In this document: positions 13,026 through 26,367 of the stretch, in pieces
Layout of the letters: each line of letters opens with the position of its first letter
Position numbering within the stretch: position 1 is the stretch's first letter
Assembly: GCA_951406725.2 (NCBI GenBank)
Contig: OX597820.1
Location: 83,142,001 to 83,206,000 of the forward strand
Length of the DNA: 64,000 bases
Reading direction: 5' to 3'
DNA from: Octopus vulgaris
Taxonomy: Eukaryota
Program-made: the position numbers and the translations under genes
Notes under the pieces: model-generated
Database searches by the model: none
Seen by the model: only the letters and a program-made list of their open reading frames with translations
What the model was told of the DNA's origin: nothing

Positions 13026-13619
13026 ACATATATACAAAAATATCCTGCTGATGTTGAAATTCCAATGAAGGAGCCTTGGATCTAGATTAGGAACCTGCTC
13101 CTTTTGTATTGGCAAGAAATATTAAAATAAAACTGAATAATGACATACATACATGCATGCATACATACATATGTTGCAGGTGCTAATTTTGAAAGGATAA
13201 ATGTGTGTTACATAAAGAATATAAGCATTTCTTTTATTTTGAAGTGGATCGCATCAACATGCTGCTCATGGAAAATGCTTTAAGGGAACTCCAGTTCTTT
13301 CTCAATTTCACGTCACGATAATTCTATCACTGATTCTTTTTTTTTATCTGGTTGATTGACATTTAGTATTACATCAAAGTATTCACCTTTCACAACTTAT
13401 AGAGACAAAACTCAGTTTTATTAAACTGCTTCATACCAGAGACACACAAATTACCCGGGTATAGAAATAAGGTGGTAATCATGAAATTTATGAATATCTT
13501 GGTTCTTTGCGCTCCTTATACCTTTACGTTGTTTAGGTTATTGACAAAAATAACAGTCCTTAAAACACTAATTTTGAAATCTGATGCTCATTCTCTTTTT
13601 TTTTTTCATTTTCAATATG

Positions 13620-13920
13620 TACCTACCAACCTACCTACCTACCTACCTACCTACCTACCTACCTACCTACCTACCTACCTACCTACCTACCTACCTACCT
13701 ACCTACCTACCTACCTACCTACCTACCTACCTACCTTACCTACCTACCTACCTACCTACCTACCTACCTACCTACCTACCTACCTACCGAACCTACCTAC
13801 CTACCTACCTACCTACCTACCTACCTACCTACCTACCTACCTACCTACCTACCTACCTACCTACCTACCTACTTACCTACCTATCTGCCTACCTACTTCC
13901 CTACTAACCTACCTACCTAC
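13620..13920. repeat. (CCTA)n microsatellite, followed by (GATA)n at ~13955-14040
   Basis: Directly visible; explains the PTYL ORFs. Confidence 0.95.
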
Positions 13921-13979
13921 CTGCATACATACATACAAACATAGAGAGAGAGATGGATAGATGAATAGATAGATTGATT

Positions 13980-14040
<61 letters not shown>

Positions 14041-14337
14041 CAAATTCACTACGTTGCTGTTTGAAGTGTGATAAAGTAGAAACATTTCTCAGATCATGCT
14101 TATCAAGTATAAAAACAATTTAATGATAGGTCATGTGCTCTCCGTTATTTATCATTTAAGCTAACCCTTCACATAATCTTTCCATGTTTTTCAGCGGATT
14201 TATAATCCCATTGTTTGTCTGAAACAACAGAGAAGTCTTCAATATATATTTCTAAAGATATTTCCTATATCTCACAAGTTCTTGCAAATATAATAAATAA
14301 GATTTAGACAAACACACATAAATAGGTTTACTTCATA

Positions 14338-14403
<66 letters not shown>

Positions 14404-14406
<3 letters not shown>

Positions 14407-14607
14407 CGGAGATGTACTCGCATAGCAAGTAATTTGATCTGAGATCGTGTGCTGAAACGAAAACAATTGCAGCGTGGAAGGTGTTTATAAGCCATTTGAG
14501 AAACACACAAAAGCCGTTCGATTCACTTCAACATTTAAGTTTAATTTGGCAAAATATTTTCGTCGCTAAATCTGCGACCTGTTCACTGACAAAGTCCGTG
14601 CTGCATC

Positions 14608-14612
<5 letters not shown>
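14404..14612 (-). mobile_element. ~210-bp hammerhead-bearing repeat, family B, between (TA)n tracts
   Basis: Homologous to ~46233-46375 (gtggaaggt ... gattcactt ... aaaatattttcgtcgc ... cctgttcactgacaaa). Confidence 0.7.
14546..14592 (-). ncRNA. Type I hammerhead motif with G3-C8 core
   Basis: Minus strand: ttgtca GTGAACA g GTCGC agattta GCGAC GAA AATATT T tgccaa. Confidence 0.7.
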
Positions 14613-14686
<74 letters not shown>

Positions 14687-15023
14687 AGGAAAAATTTTTT
14701 TTAAAAATGCAGAATGCTCAAATGAAAGAAAATTTTAATAAAATGAGAAAATGATAAAATATATAAATATATATATTTATTCAACCGGTTTTCGTCAATG
14801 TATGACTTGTCAAGAATATTTATGTTTTAAGAAGTTTTTTTAAAAATTAGAAAGGGGAAAAAAAGAAAATTGCAATGTTTTTTGTAAAAGAATAATGATA
14901 AAAATGTACAAAAATTAAAAAATAAGTTCTCCGATACATTGTGAGTTCGTTGTGTATCTTGAGTTTTATGGTTGTTTACCAAAAAATTACCTTGAGGTGT
15001 TAAGATCCAAAGGGATTAAGAGC

Positions 15024-16184
15024 ATGGGTTACTTCGAACTGTCACTCTATGAAATATCAAGCCAGAAATTTGGACATGTTTTCCACACCTACCTAATGGA
15101 AAACTGGAAAAGGTATTTAGATGATTGTTTCATCATATGGAAAGAACCTTATGAAAAACTCCTGGAATTCAAAACCATACTAAACAACATACATCCCAAC
15201 ATCCAATTCACTATGGAATTTAGCAAACATCATCTCCCATTCCTTGATCTCCTAATTATAAAAACACCTAAGAACCAAATCATAACAGACATCTACCACA
15301 AACCTACAGACTCACAACAATACCTCCTCTTTAGTTCATGCCACCCAAAACACACCAAGACAAATATCCCTTTCAATTTAGCTAAAAGGGTATGCACCAT
15401 TGTCTCGGATCCAAAAACACGAGAAATACGCCTTCAAGACCTCAAAAAAACACTATTACAACGTCAATATCCCTCCACCCTTATAGAGTATGGAATAAAA
15501 CGCGCCAAAGAACTAGACAACACTACACTGATAACCACCCAACCTAACACCACACACAACCTCAAAATACTTCCATACATTTCCACCCACAACCCCAAAA
15601 ATATCGAAGCATACACCACAATCATACAAAACCTCAGTCTACTGTCAACAGACCCAAAAATGAAAAACATTATAAATACACACAAAATCCTCAAATGCAA
15701 AAGGCAACACAAATCTTTAAAAAAACTCTTGACAAATGCCAAACTTCACACACCACATCCACCCCCAACAGTAAAAAAATGTGCACGCTCAAACTGTGGT
15801 ACCTGCCCCTTTCTACTTGAAGGCTCTGAATTTACCTTCAAACAAGGTACGAAGTTTAAAATCAATACTAACTTCTCCTGTTCCTCCGAGAACCTTATCT
15901 ACGTTCTCACATGCGCTGGTTGCCAACATAATTATGTGGGACAAACGAGTCTCCCGTTACGTAAACGAGTAACGGTGCATAAAGAACAAATAAATCTCCC
16001 GGAATACCGACAAATTCCACTGAGTGACCACTTAGACTCATGTGCCAAAGACTTAAACCCCAAATTCTATATATTCCCCTTCTACCAATGTAAAGACGGG
16101 ATCACCACACAGGAGAGAATTAACAAGGAGAATCTCTTTATTGAAAAATTCCAAACACAACTTAATATGCAAACTCCTCGTTGA
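15024..16184 (+). CDS. PLE reverse transcriptase (C-terminal part) + GIY-YIG endonuclease, 5'-truncated but uninterrupted
   Basis: MGYFE (end of RT motif B), WKRYLDDCF, LPFLDL, IYHKPTDSQQYL..SCHP, CARSNCGTC, LIYVLTCAGCQHNYVGQT, R...H, H...C. The first ~24 aa of track ORF 14952..16184 come from the inverted arm. Confidence 0.92.
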   Translation: MGYFELSLYEISSQKFGHVFHTYLMENWKRYLDDCFIIWKEPYEKLLEFKTILNNIHPNIQFTMEFSKHHLPFLDLLIIKTPKNQIITDIYHKPTDSQQYLLFSSCHPKHTKTNIPFNLAKRVCTIVSDPKTREIRLQDLKKTLLQRQYPSTLIEYGIKRAKELDNTTLITTQPNTTHNLKILPYISTHNPKNIEAYTTIIQNLSLLSTDPKMKNIINTHKILKCKRQHKSLKKLLTNAKLHTPHPPPTVKKCARSNCGTCPFLLEGSEFTFKQGTKFKINTNFSCSSENLIYVLTCAGCQHNYVGQTSLPLRKRVTVHKEQINLPEYRQIPLSDHLDSCAKDLNPKFYIFPFYQCKDGITTQERINKENLFIEKFQTQLNMQTPR

Positions 16185-16821
16185 TCAAACTTCCTTTCTC
16201 TACCTCACTCTTCATGGATGGACTAACACAAATATATAAAGATACCATGCATTCACCACTTCAAGCTAAAACTTATATTCTTTAAATATCATTTTCACTA
16301 TTGTTGTTGTTACTACTATCATTTTTATTATAAATGATATGACAATTTGAAATGCAATTGTCTATGCAGTTTTATATTATTAGAAAATAATATAAATAAA
16401 GTGTTAAAATCTGAAAGTTAAGTTAACAAGCAATTATATATAAAAAAGATAATGCAAATGAAGCTAAAATGATAGTTTTATAATTTGGGTTTTATTGAAG
16501 AACTCAAAAGAGTTGTCTCCCCTTACTCACAACACAGGAACTGAAGAACCAGGACCACAATTACTACTACTTCCTGTCCTGCAACATGCTGTATTTAACA
16601 ACACAACACATCACATGCTCTTAATCCCTTTGGATCTTAACACCTCAAGGTAATTTTTTGGTAAACAACCATAAAACTCAAGATACACAACGAACTCACA
16701 ATGTATCGGAGAACTTATTTTTTAATTTTTGTACATTTTTATCATTATTCTTTTACAAAAAACATTGCAATTTTCTTTTTTTCCCCTTTCTAATTTTTAA
16801 AAAAACTTCTTAAAACATAAA

Positions 16822-16862
16822 TATTCTTGACAAGTCATACATTGACGAAAACCGGTTGAATA
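16822..16862 (+). ncRNA. Type I hammerhead-like motif with U3-A8 core in the PLE pseudo-LTR (mirror copy at 14778-14818, minus strand)
   Basis: tattc TTGACAA GTCA tacat TGAC GAA a ACCGGT T gaata; one extra nucleotide relative to consensus. Confidence 0.6.
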
Positions 16863-17001
16863 AATATATATATTTATATATTTTATCATTTTCTCATTTT
16901 ATTAAAATTTTCTTTCATTTGAGCATTCTGCATTTTTAAAAAATTTTTTCCTTACTTATCATTTCTCCACGTGCGGTCAACACAACCCCACCATTTATTG
17001 A

Positions 17002-17124
<123 letters not shown>

Positions 17125-17171
17125 GTGTGTGTGTGTAATCATTGTAAAACAACTCTTATTACACAATCAAA

Positions 17172-18262
17172 TACACTTTAAGAAAAAGTTTGTGTACGTA
17201 TTCTCCACAATTTTATAATAACATCAGTCTATAAATCCACTTTCATCTTGAATTATTGCGTCAATGAAGGACTGTATTGTATCACATGCTTACACTAAAT
17301 GGTCCATATTCATTCTGGACATCACAAAGGTATGGCTGTCTGAATTGATAATATGGTATTCACAGAATATAAATTACTCTCCTTTCCAACAACACTCCCA
17401 ATATACATGGGATATAAATCTGGCGAGTTTGGAGGCCGAAATTTGGGAGCTCCATGATCGTAAGGATTCCTGATTTACATGAGCTTTCTGGGAAGTCCTA
17501 ACTATTTGTTGAAACACGTATGGCCTTCCACTGTGTACATAATTTATACAGGACTTAGTAAATGTCTCCAGTACCTCCACGTATCCTGCAGCGTTACTTC
17601 CCAGAAAAGATGAAAGGTGGCCTGATATGACCTTCGGTACTCAACACTATTAAAACCATAACAGTTGCTGGAAAATTAGTGTTTATCACCTGGGATGGGG
17701 GCATCAAAACGTTAAAGCATAATCACCTGTCGATTGAACAATTAGATATTTGGTCATGGCTGAAGTTTTCTCATTACAGGTTAACTGATGCATGCCATGA
17801 TTAGAAGCAGTTTTATACTTGTTAAATACCCGCTTGACACCGATCAAACGCTTTTCCTGCCTTTACGCACATTAACTGGTTTCTCCGCGCTATATGCGAG
17901 TTCTATCAAACGACATCCTTTACAATTGTTTTCATAGTTCACACCGGCAATTAAAATTGTTTGCCAATAGCCCTCATTCATTTTCCCACATAATGCTGGA
18001 TGAATTGTCAGATCGTTTGGAATGTTTGTTTATCATTCACAGGGTTGAAACTTACTCGACGTGCTTCCAATTCTGTCCAAACTTTATGTACCAAAGATAT
18101 TGCAACATTTAGAAAGTGGGCAATTTCTAAATCACTGTGTTCTGCACCTACAGCGACCATTATTGCATAAGTGTGTTAACAGTTTATCTCCCATAGGATA
18201 TCTGAAAGAAATAAAAGCACTTCAACTTGTTCGGAGAGTGTAATATACTGATAATTGAGTGT
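17172..18262 (-). mobile_element. Degraded Tc1/mariner (maT/DD37D-like) transposon
   Basis: Minus-strand remnants GRPYVFQQ and PPNSPDL.P (ggcctccaaactcgccagattta); multiple frameshifts. Confidence 0.7.
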
Positions 18263-18367
18263 ACTCAGATACCCTTGTGCTCCACTTCTTTCTCTTTCCC
18301 TCTCTCTTTCACTCTATACATGCACACACATACATATACATACATATACATACATACATAAATACAT

Positions 18368-18414
<47 letters not shown>

Positions 18415-18469
18415 CATGCAGACACACACACACACATATTTATATAATAAATAAATAAATAAATGTGCC

Positions 18470-18708
18470 CTTTTAAAGCCTAGCCAAGCTCATGGGCCCG
18501 GATTCCCGGTTTCAATGGCGTACGTGTTCTCAATCAGGATGGACCACCAGTCCATCACAGCATTATTCATTTTGCCAGCTTAGTGGACTGGAACAACGTG
18601 AAATAAAGTGTTTCGCTCAAGAACACAACTGCGTCGCCCGGTCCAGGAATCGAAACCACAATCTTACGATCATGATGCTGACACCCTAACCACTAAGCCA
18701 CGCGCCTC
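18470..18708 (-). mobile_element. tRNA-derived SINE
   Basis: Minus-strand head ggcgcgtggcttagtggttagggtgtcagc ... ggtttcgattcc; same family as 561-640. Confidence 0.75.
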
Positions 18709-18719
18709 CACGTATATAT

Positions 18720-18812
18720 ATTCTATTTCTATTCCTGAGCGCTATACTAATACATTTGTTTGTTTGTACTCAACCTGCCTTCGTCTTTTGTTTATTTTCA
18801 TAAACTTTCCCG

Positions 18813-18813
<1 letters not shown>
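18720..18813 (+). mobile_element. 3' fragment of a family A-related repeat
   Basis: ctgagcgctatactaatacatttgtttgtttgtac matches 61610-61695. Confidence 0.6.
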
Positions 18814-18870
<57 letters not shown>

Positions 18871-18965
18871 CGGAGTAAACACATAAATGTGAAACAAGGC
18901 GGAAAAAAGAGTACTCAAATACCAGTGGTAGAGTAATATGCTTTATTTTAAGCAGCAGAAAATTC

Positions 18966-19019
18966 AACAAAATCTGTTACTCTGAGTTTCTCGTTGCCGT
19001 TCATCAGACAGTTTTTGTT
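18966..19019 (-). ncRNA. Canonical-core type I hammerhead motif in a short repeat (~18868-19025)
   Basis: Minus strand: aacaaaaactgt CTGATGA acg gcaa cga GAA ACTC a GAGT A acagattttgtt; 11/12-bp stem I, GUA site. Confidence 0.8.
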
Positions 19020-19558
19020 AGAATTCTAATGTACACTGAAACTTTTCAAGTTTCCTATATTTCTTATCTATATTTCACTCTTTACTTTTGAGTCAATAAC
19101 TGGTCATTGTCTTATTAGTATTCATATAACTTAGGATTTTTGTTTATGAAATAAATATTCCTCTCTTGCAGATAAGTGAATAAATCCTCTACATCCTCTT
19201 GGATATGTATTATTTCCTCGTCATATTTGGAAACTTCTACACATTTTTTCTAAATCCACTTCCTGTTATCTGCTCCTCTGACTTATTTTCACTTTCACTT
19301 TCCATATACTTCAACTTTAAAACAAATATTTGTAAAAGAAAAGTTTCTTTAAAATGATTTCTAAAGAATTCAAAATGAAATAATGTAATTTAAAAATTTG
19401 TTAATACACACACACATAATACACACACACACAAGAACACATATATATCCGTCCACCACGCCTTATATCTACGCACACATATATACATACACATACATAT
19501 ATATATATATATATTCAAATACGTATAATATACACATACACACACATACACACACACA

Positions 19559-19620
<62 letters not shown>

Positions 19621-19823
19621 ATTCTTTAACAAAATTAGCATTGACGGTGGCTTGAAAGTTTTGGCTAGTTGTTTCATGGCTAACCAGACCGAATTTTCCA
19701 AGTCACCACAAGTAGTCTATGTAATCTACAAAAGTATAGAATAGCGATTCAGATTTCTGCAATGTTTTACATACAAAGATATATGCTTATATACATACAT
19801 ATATACATACATACATACATACA

Positions 19824-19857
<34 letters not shown>

Positions 19858-20656
19858 CATACATACATACATACATATATATATATTCATTTACGCACGC
19901 CTATGTATGTATATTTGTATGTTCATATACTTATATATGCATGCATGTGTGCATATACATTCACGTAAGTGCTGGCATGCAGTGTTTGCGTGTTTGTCAG
20001 TACATGTGTTGAAATATTAATATGTACTGTTACACACGCTGATATATACATATAATTTCAGATTCTTTTATAACTTTATATTCTGTTTTATATTGATCAA
20101 TGTTGACTGATAAAAGAAAGGTGTATGATGTATAGCTATATACGTGTCTCTACGTTTAAGTATGTAATGTGTAAACTAAATTAAAAAATATTACTCAATG
20201 ATGTTTGGCTTCAATTGCAGAAAGAAAAATGTTCCAAAGTAGACAGTTCAGAAACTGCTCACGTAAGAAACAAGACAATGGCAAATCATATTTGTAGTGT
20301 ACTAACTCAATAAGGTTTCCTGCATCAATAACAAAATACAGTCAGTAAAAGCAAATCAACTTGTGAACAACCCAAACTGTATTATAAGGCATGATCGCAC
20401 AAACTCTCCTTCTCTCTCTTTTACTCCCTTTCTCTCTCTCTCTTACTCTCTTTCCCTCTCTCTCTCACACACATATTATATGATTATATGATATATATAT
20501 GGTATATAAAATGTATATAATATATATGTATATATATAAACTATTTCCCTCTCTCTGTACACACACACCTATACTTCTATATATATATATATATATATAT
20601 ATTATACAGATTATATATCGACAAATATTATATATGTATATATATACATGTATATA

Positions 20657-20699
<43 letters not shown>

Positions 20700-20812
20700 C
20701 ATATTATATATCGACAAATGTATTATATATATATATATATATATATTATACATATTATATATAGACAAATATATATAGTACAATGTAATATAATAAAAAT
20801 GTTTATACACGT

Positions 20813-20847
<35 letters not shown>

Positions 20848-21107
20848 TACCCACACGCACACATACACATGTGCATGTATATATATATATATTATTGGTA
20901 ACGACAGTAACTAGTGTTGTTGATGAAGATGGTGGTGATTATACCGTTGAATTTAGATAGTGAATGACGACAAACACGTCGTTACAAATGAAGTTACATA
21001 CTTATTCGGACACCTACACACACAGCGAGGAGGAATCCTTAGAAAGCAGAAAATTGAATATGGCAGAGCCGGAGGGTTACACAGCACACACACACACACA
21101 CAAACAC

Positions 21108-21170
<63 letters not shown>

Positions 21171-21237
21171 CACCCGTACGTATATGCATGTACATATATA
21201 TGTATATCGTATATTTTTTATACACGCATATATGCAG

Positions 21238-21299
<62 letters not shown>

Positions 21300-21318
21300 G
21301 CATATGTCTATATGCATG

Positions 21319-21394
<76 letters not shown>

Positions 21395-21977
21395 TACATA
21401 TATGCATATGTATAATTTTATATGCACACATATATGAACAACTTTACACGCATCCATATGTATATATGCCTGTTTGTATGTTCGTGCATGCGTATATACG
21501 TGCGTATATGTACAAACTTTTGTGTTCGCGTTTGTACATTTCGACAGTGAAAACAGCGGGAGCGGAGGACGCAAACACGAAACGTCAGTGAGAAAATTGT
21601 TTGGCATGGAGTTGGCACCAGATAAACACATGAAATAATTGTGTTTTGCTCACTGCACGAGAGTGCGTGAGCCGGAATGTTGATATGTGCGTGTTTTGAG
21701 TGGATCTGTGGTTACTTTATCGTCTCTAGTTGTGTAAATGCTCATGTTTATTAGGGAAAGGAATAAACATACGAACACTGCCTTCGATGCCCTATCTGTC
21801 TGTCTTTCTGTCTAATTCTGTGTGAATGTCTGTCTCTCTGTATCTGTCCCTCGATGTCTCTCTGTGTCTCTCTCGTTGTCTATTTGTCTATCACTCTCTC
21901 ACTCACTTTCTCCGAATATATGCGTATATACATATAATTTTATTCAGTACATACAAACAAATACGTATATACATATT

Positions 21978-22038
<61 letters not shown>

Positions 22039-22147
22039 TTACATATATTTCTAATCATTCATACAACCATATATTTAATCTATCTATTTGTCTGTCTGTC
22101 TGTCTGACTATCTATCTATCTATCTATCTATCCATCTATCTATCTTT

Positions 22148-22256
<109 letters not shown>

Positions 22257-22859
22257 TAGAAATATACATACACACACACACACACATATATATATATTTA
22301 CACACACACTCTCTTTAACAGATATACATTTAAATATCTTTGTGTGTGTATGTGTGTGTGTCTGAGTCTGTGCTCGCGCGGCTATGCACTTGCAATTACA
22401 TAGTTCCATGTGTGGTTACTCTATTTATTATTATTGCTGGATAATCTTTCGTAAACATGTTTATAACTTTTGCTCTCTTAATATCGGGCACTGCTACTAC
22501 TATTACAATTACTATCACTGCTACTGCTGCTGATGTTAATATTTTCGCTATCATAATGTCTTATTTTTTTCTACAGTATCTTAGTATTTTATAGCTTTTA
22601 TATTTTCTTACCAAATATGAATGCTGTTTATCTGAACCTCATTAATAATATATGCTATTAGTCTTACTATTGTTTAGATCCATGAATTGTCTGATATCCT
22701 AAACATTTTAAAGTATTGTCAGCCATGCCCACCATGTCCTATACTAAATCAAGTATCTAGTACTACATTATCTAGATTTTTCGATTTCCATTTTAAAAAA
22801 ACACATTAATCGTTGGATAAGAAGTTGTAAATAATGTTGTGAGAAACATTACCTGTTAT

Positions 22860-23560
22860 ATCTCGAGTTCTAGCAGCCTGTAGATTCTCCATTGTTGGCA
22901 CCGTATATTGTGTGTTCTAAATTCTGGAGGTATGTAAGTATTTTTCGTCTTTGCGTGTATCTGTACCAGCGTTTCTTTTCTTATATATTTTGATGTAGAA
23001 ATACATCCTAATAAATGTATTGTGGAGGTGGGGATTCAAATGTATCATATCTGTATGATTATTTCATTCTTTTGAGGACATCGGTTGTTGTTACACGTTA
23101 GCACGATTGTTCATCATCATTTGAGTTGAAGGATGCTCCGTTTAGATTCAGCCAAAGTAACCACTATGCACGGGTGTTATTTTTCTTGAGTCTTTTCTCT
23201 GCCATTACCTAGCACTGTTGTGTGTACTTAAGATACATGGAGTATTCCTTTTATTTCTCTCTTCTGTTTGATTCCAAACATTCTAATATGTATATAACAG
23301 AGTTACTTTGTGCACGTTGTGTACATTTATACGAACTGTGGTTTTGGTCATGCCTTTGCTCTTGTATTTTAGATATAGTTTCTGTTATGAAGGCAGCTTG
23401 CATTTTAGGTATAGTTTCTGTTATCAGAAACTATTTGATGTCATCGAAATTTACTAACGTTACAACACTGTTCTTGCTATTTCTATTTTAGACCTTTACA
23501 TTTGCGTAGATTCTCCATTTCATTTAAAGATAACCCATAATCTGTTGGGACTGATATTTC
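22860..23560 (-). mobile_element. Highly degraded retroelement, possibly a PLE endonuclease region
   Basis: Coding-like composition on the minus strand with an ESKRSILQ remnant resembling the residues after YIG; weak. Confidence 0.25.
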
Positions 23561-24249
23561 CATAAAGTGATATTAATTTCCTGGTGGCCCATGGCAATAA
23601 TATCTAATGGAATAACCTATTCCCCGCGCCTTTGTAGATTACTTATCAACTATAGGACCAAGTTACTACACCTCAGAAGAGGTTCTATCTGGAAAATTCG
23701 CATACGATTGAGACATACACCTACTGTATTGAGCTAACAAACTAATTAACCGAGACTACCCTTGCAGTTATAAGACTCTCTCTCTCTATCTCTCACGCTC
23801 GCTCTTTCTCTCTCTTTAATGATGCTTAACATTCTAAAATAAGGAGCAAAATGAAATAACTCCGGTGATATGTGCCAAGGTATTCTTTGCTTAGAGAGTT
23901 AGAACGCCAGAAAAAATTGATGTTGAGCTAGAGATTGAGTTAAATCTTCAGACATATTTATCAGTGCCCGAAAGAAGAAATGCCTTCTTATCAATTCCAC
24001 AAGTTGACTTTATATTTATACAAAAAAAAAACCCCAGAAAAAAACAAAGCAAAGCAATACGAATAAATTAACGAAAAAAATACAAATAAAAGAAACGGGA
24101 AAAGAGGAGGCAACTCACATATGAAATAATTTAGTATAATGTAGCTCTATTTCAGAAATATTCCTTTAATAATCATTAACAGAATTGGATCGTTCCGTCA
24201 GTGTTGACTGGAAAATCCCAGAGGGTAGTAATATTTTAACCGTCTATTG

Positions 24250-25200
24250 GCCTGTTGTTTCGTCAAATGTGTCACAGAATCTGCATTTAGGGTCAGAACC
24301 GTTTTGATGAATGTTAGCCTAGCAGATTTCCTTACCAAGCTTTGATTTGTGCCGCCAATATGAAAACCTTCAGTCTCTGCCTTCAGTCCTGAAATTCTCA
24401 GGCACGGATAGGTTGTTGTTTGATCTACATCAGCATTTCGACTACGAAGTATATACTGTCCATGCAGAGGCTTCTGGCTCTATCTCCTGAATTTGCTAAT
24501 GCCCGTTCTCTTTTACAGTCTGCTTTACTATTTTGTTTGATTTGTGGTAGTGGTTTCAGGCTCTTCAACTATTTTAGGGTTAATGTCAAATTCCCTTACG
24601 AATATGCAATCTTCCTTGACAATCGAATATGCATTTTTGCTGATTTCGTGTTTGCACACAAGTCTGTGCACTAGATAAGTACCTGTTCATTGCTATTGAG
24701 GATGTCTTATGGCACAGCTTTACCTGCATCAATCCTCTTCCCCCATTAATTCTAGGTAGGTGCAGACGATCAACATCTGCTTTTGGATGGTGCATGCTCT
24801 TAGAAGTTAGTATTTTTCTTTCCTTCCTGTCCAGGCCTTGGAGCTCTGTAAGACTCCAGTTAATGATGTTAAAACCAAATTAAACGTCCTGGAAGTGTCA
24901 GGGTGTTAATGGATTCGATGTGATTTTAGAGATGAGTTCAGTTTTTAGTATGAGTCATATTCTCCTGTAATATTCTTTTCTTATTTTTGCCTTCATAGTA
25001 TCGTGTTGTATACCATCCCCTTCATCTATCCCCAGGTATTTGTAACTTTCCTGCGGGTCAAGCTCCTTGATGGTAGTGTCGCTAACTAATTTAATGGAAG
25101 CTGTTTGTCTCCGTCATTTTAGCAGCTTTAGATCGTCCATATAAAACATATAGTTTAATGCCGTATTGTGAATTTTGAGCTCATACCCGACTACCTATTT
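24250..25200 (-). mobile_element. R4/Dong-like LINE RT fragment
   Basis: YMDDLKLL, ESYKYLGIDEGDGIQH, MHHPKADVDRLHLPRINGGRGL; frameshifted. Confidence 0.85.
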
Positions 25201-26367
25201 TTCAAGCGCTTTGATGGTTTCCTGCAAGACAAGGAGTTCAAAAATTAAACCGATGCTGAAAGTGCGTTCAAAGTGTCCAACTTCAAAACTCTAGATGTTT
25301 ATGTTACCGGAAAAAAAAAACTCTTTGGTAAAAATGTGTTGATCGTAATAGTATTCACTTTAATAAATAACATTTCTGCATTGTTGAAATATATTGTGAT
25401 GAATTTCATGCTTCAAAACGTTACTTACTTTTTACTCAGCCAGATAATTGGAAGCTGTTCAAAATACAGATCTTACACCCTAAAATTAATACTGACACGC
25501 TAAAATTTATATTGAACAGTTCTATTTGCAAACAAAATAATAAGAAGTAGAAATAAGAAGGGAGATCCATATTATAATTGTTAATCACTACTAGGAATTT
25601 AAGCTCGCAAACTTATATTTCCCTAGTAATATCGAATGGGTCACCGAAACAGTGAGATATTTCAAAAACCGAAACAAGAATTGCAGGACAAATACCTGTA
25701 AATAGAACTAGAACTAGAAGGTTAATATATGGAACAAATCGAGGATCTTAGCAATGAAAATTGGTTGTGGCTGACAGATGAAAACTGTAAACGATAAACT
25801 GAATCATTAATTTTAGCTGCTTTGAAAGAAACCATATGAATGAACTTCATACAGACAATGTTTGCTGAAACATAGTCAAAGAGCAAATAGAGATTTTTGT
25901 GGGACAAGAGACGAAAGTATTGAATATCTCTACGGATCGTACACTGAGATATAAGTATTAAATATCTGTCTGCCACGGATCGTATACTGTTTGTTGTGGA
26001 AACTCGTCAAGTAAATGCAGTGGTGGAAACCCGACCGACTGATCATAAAACTCAGGATCTGATTCCTGAACCGAACGGCATGTCGTGTTTAGCAATACGC
26101 TACAAGATTACGCTGTTTCAGTCCACTGAACTGGAAATGAGTACCAGCCTGGTGCTAGTGTTGTCCTTTCTCGCTCCAACTTTTACATACATACCTAGAA
26201 CGTGCCTATATCCGCTCAAGACATATAGACAACTAAGGTTGTTGCGGGAAACTTGTATAATATATAAATTCATATTCCCTTGCGAATGACTGCAGGCATA
26301 TACACATACACACATACACAGACATCCGCACACATACACACACACAGAGATATATATCCATATACAT

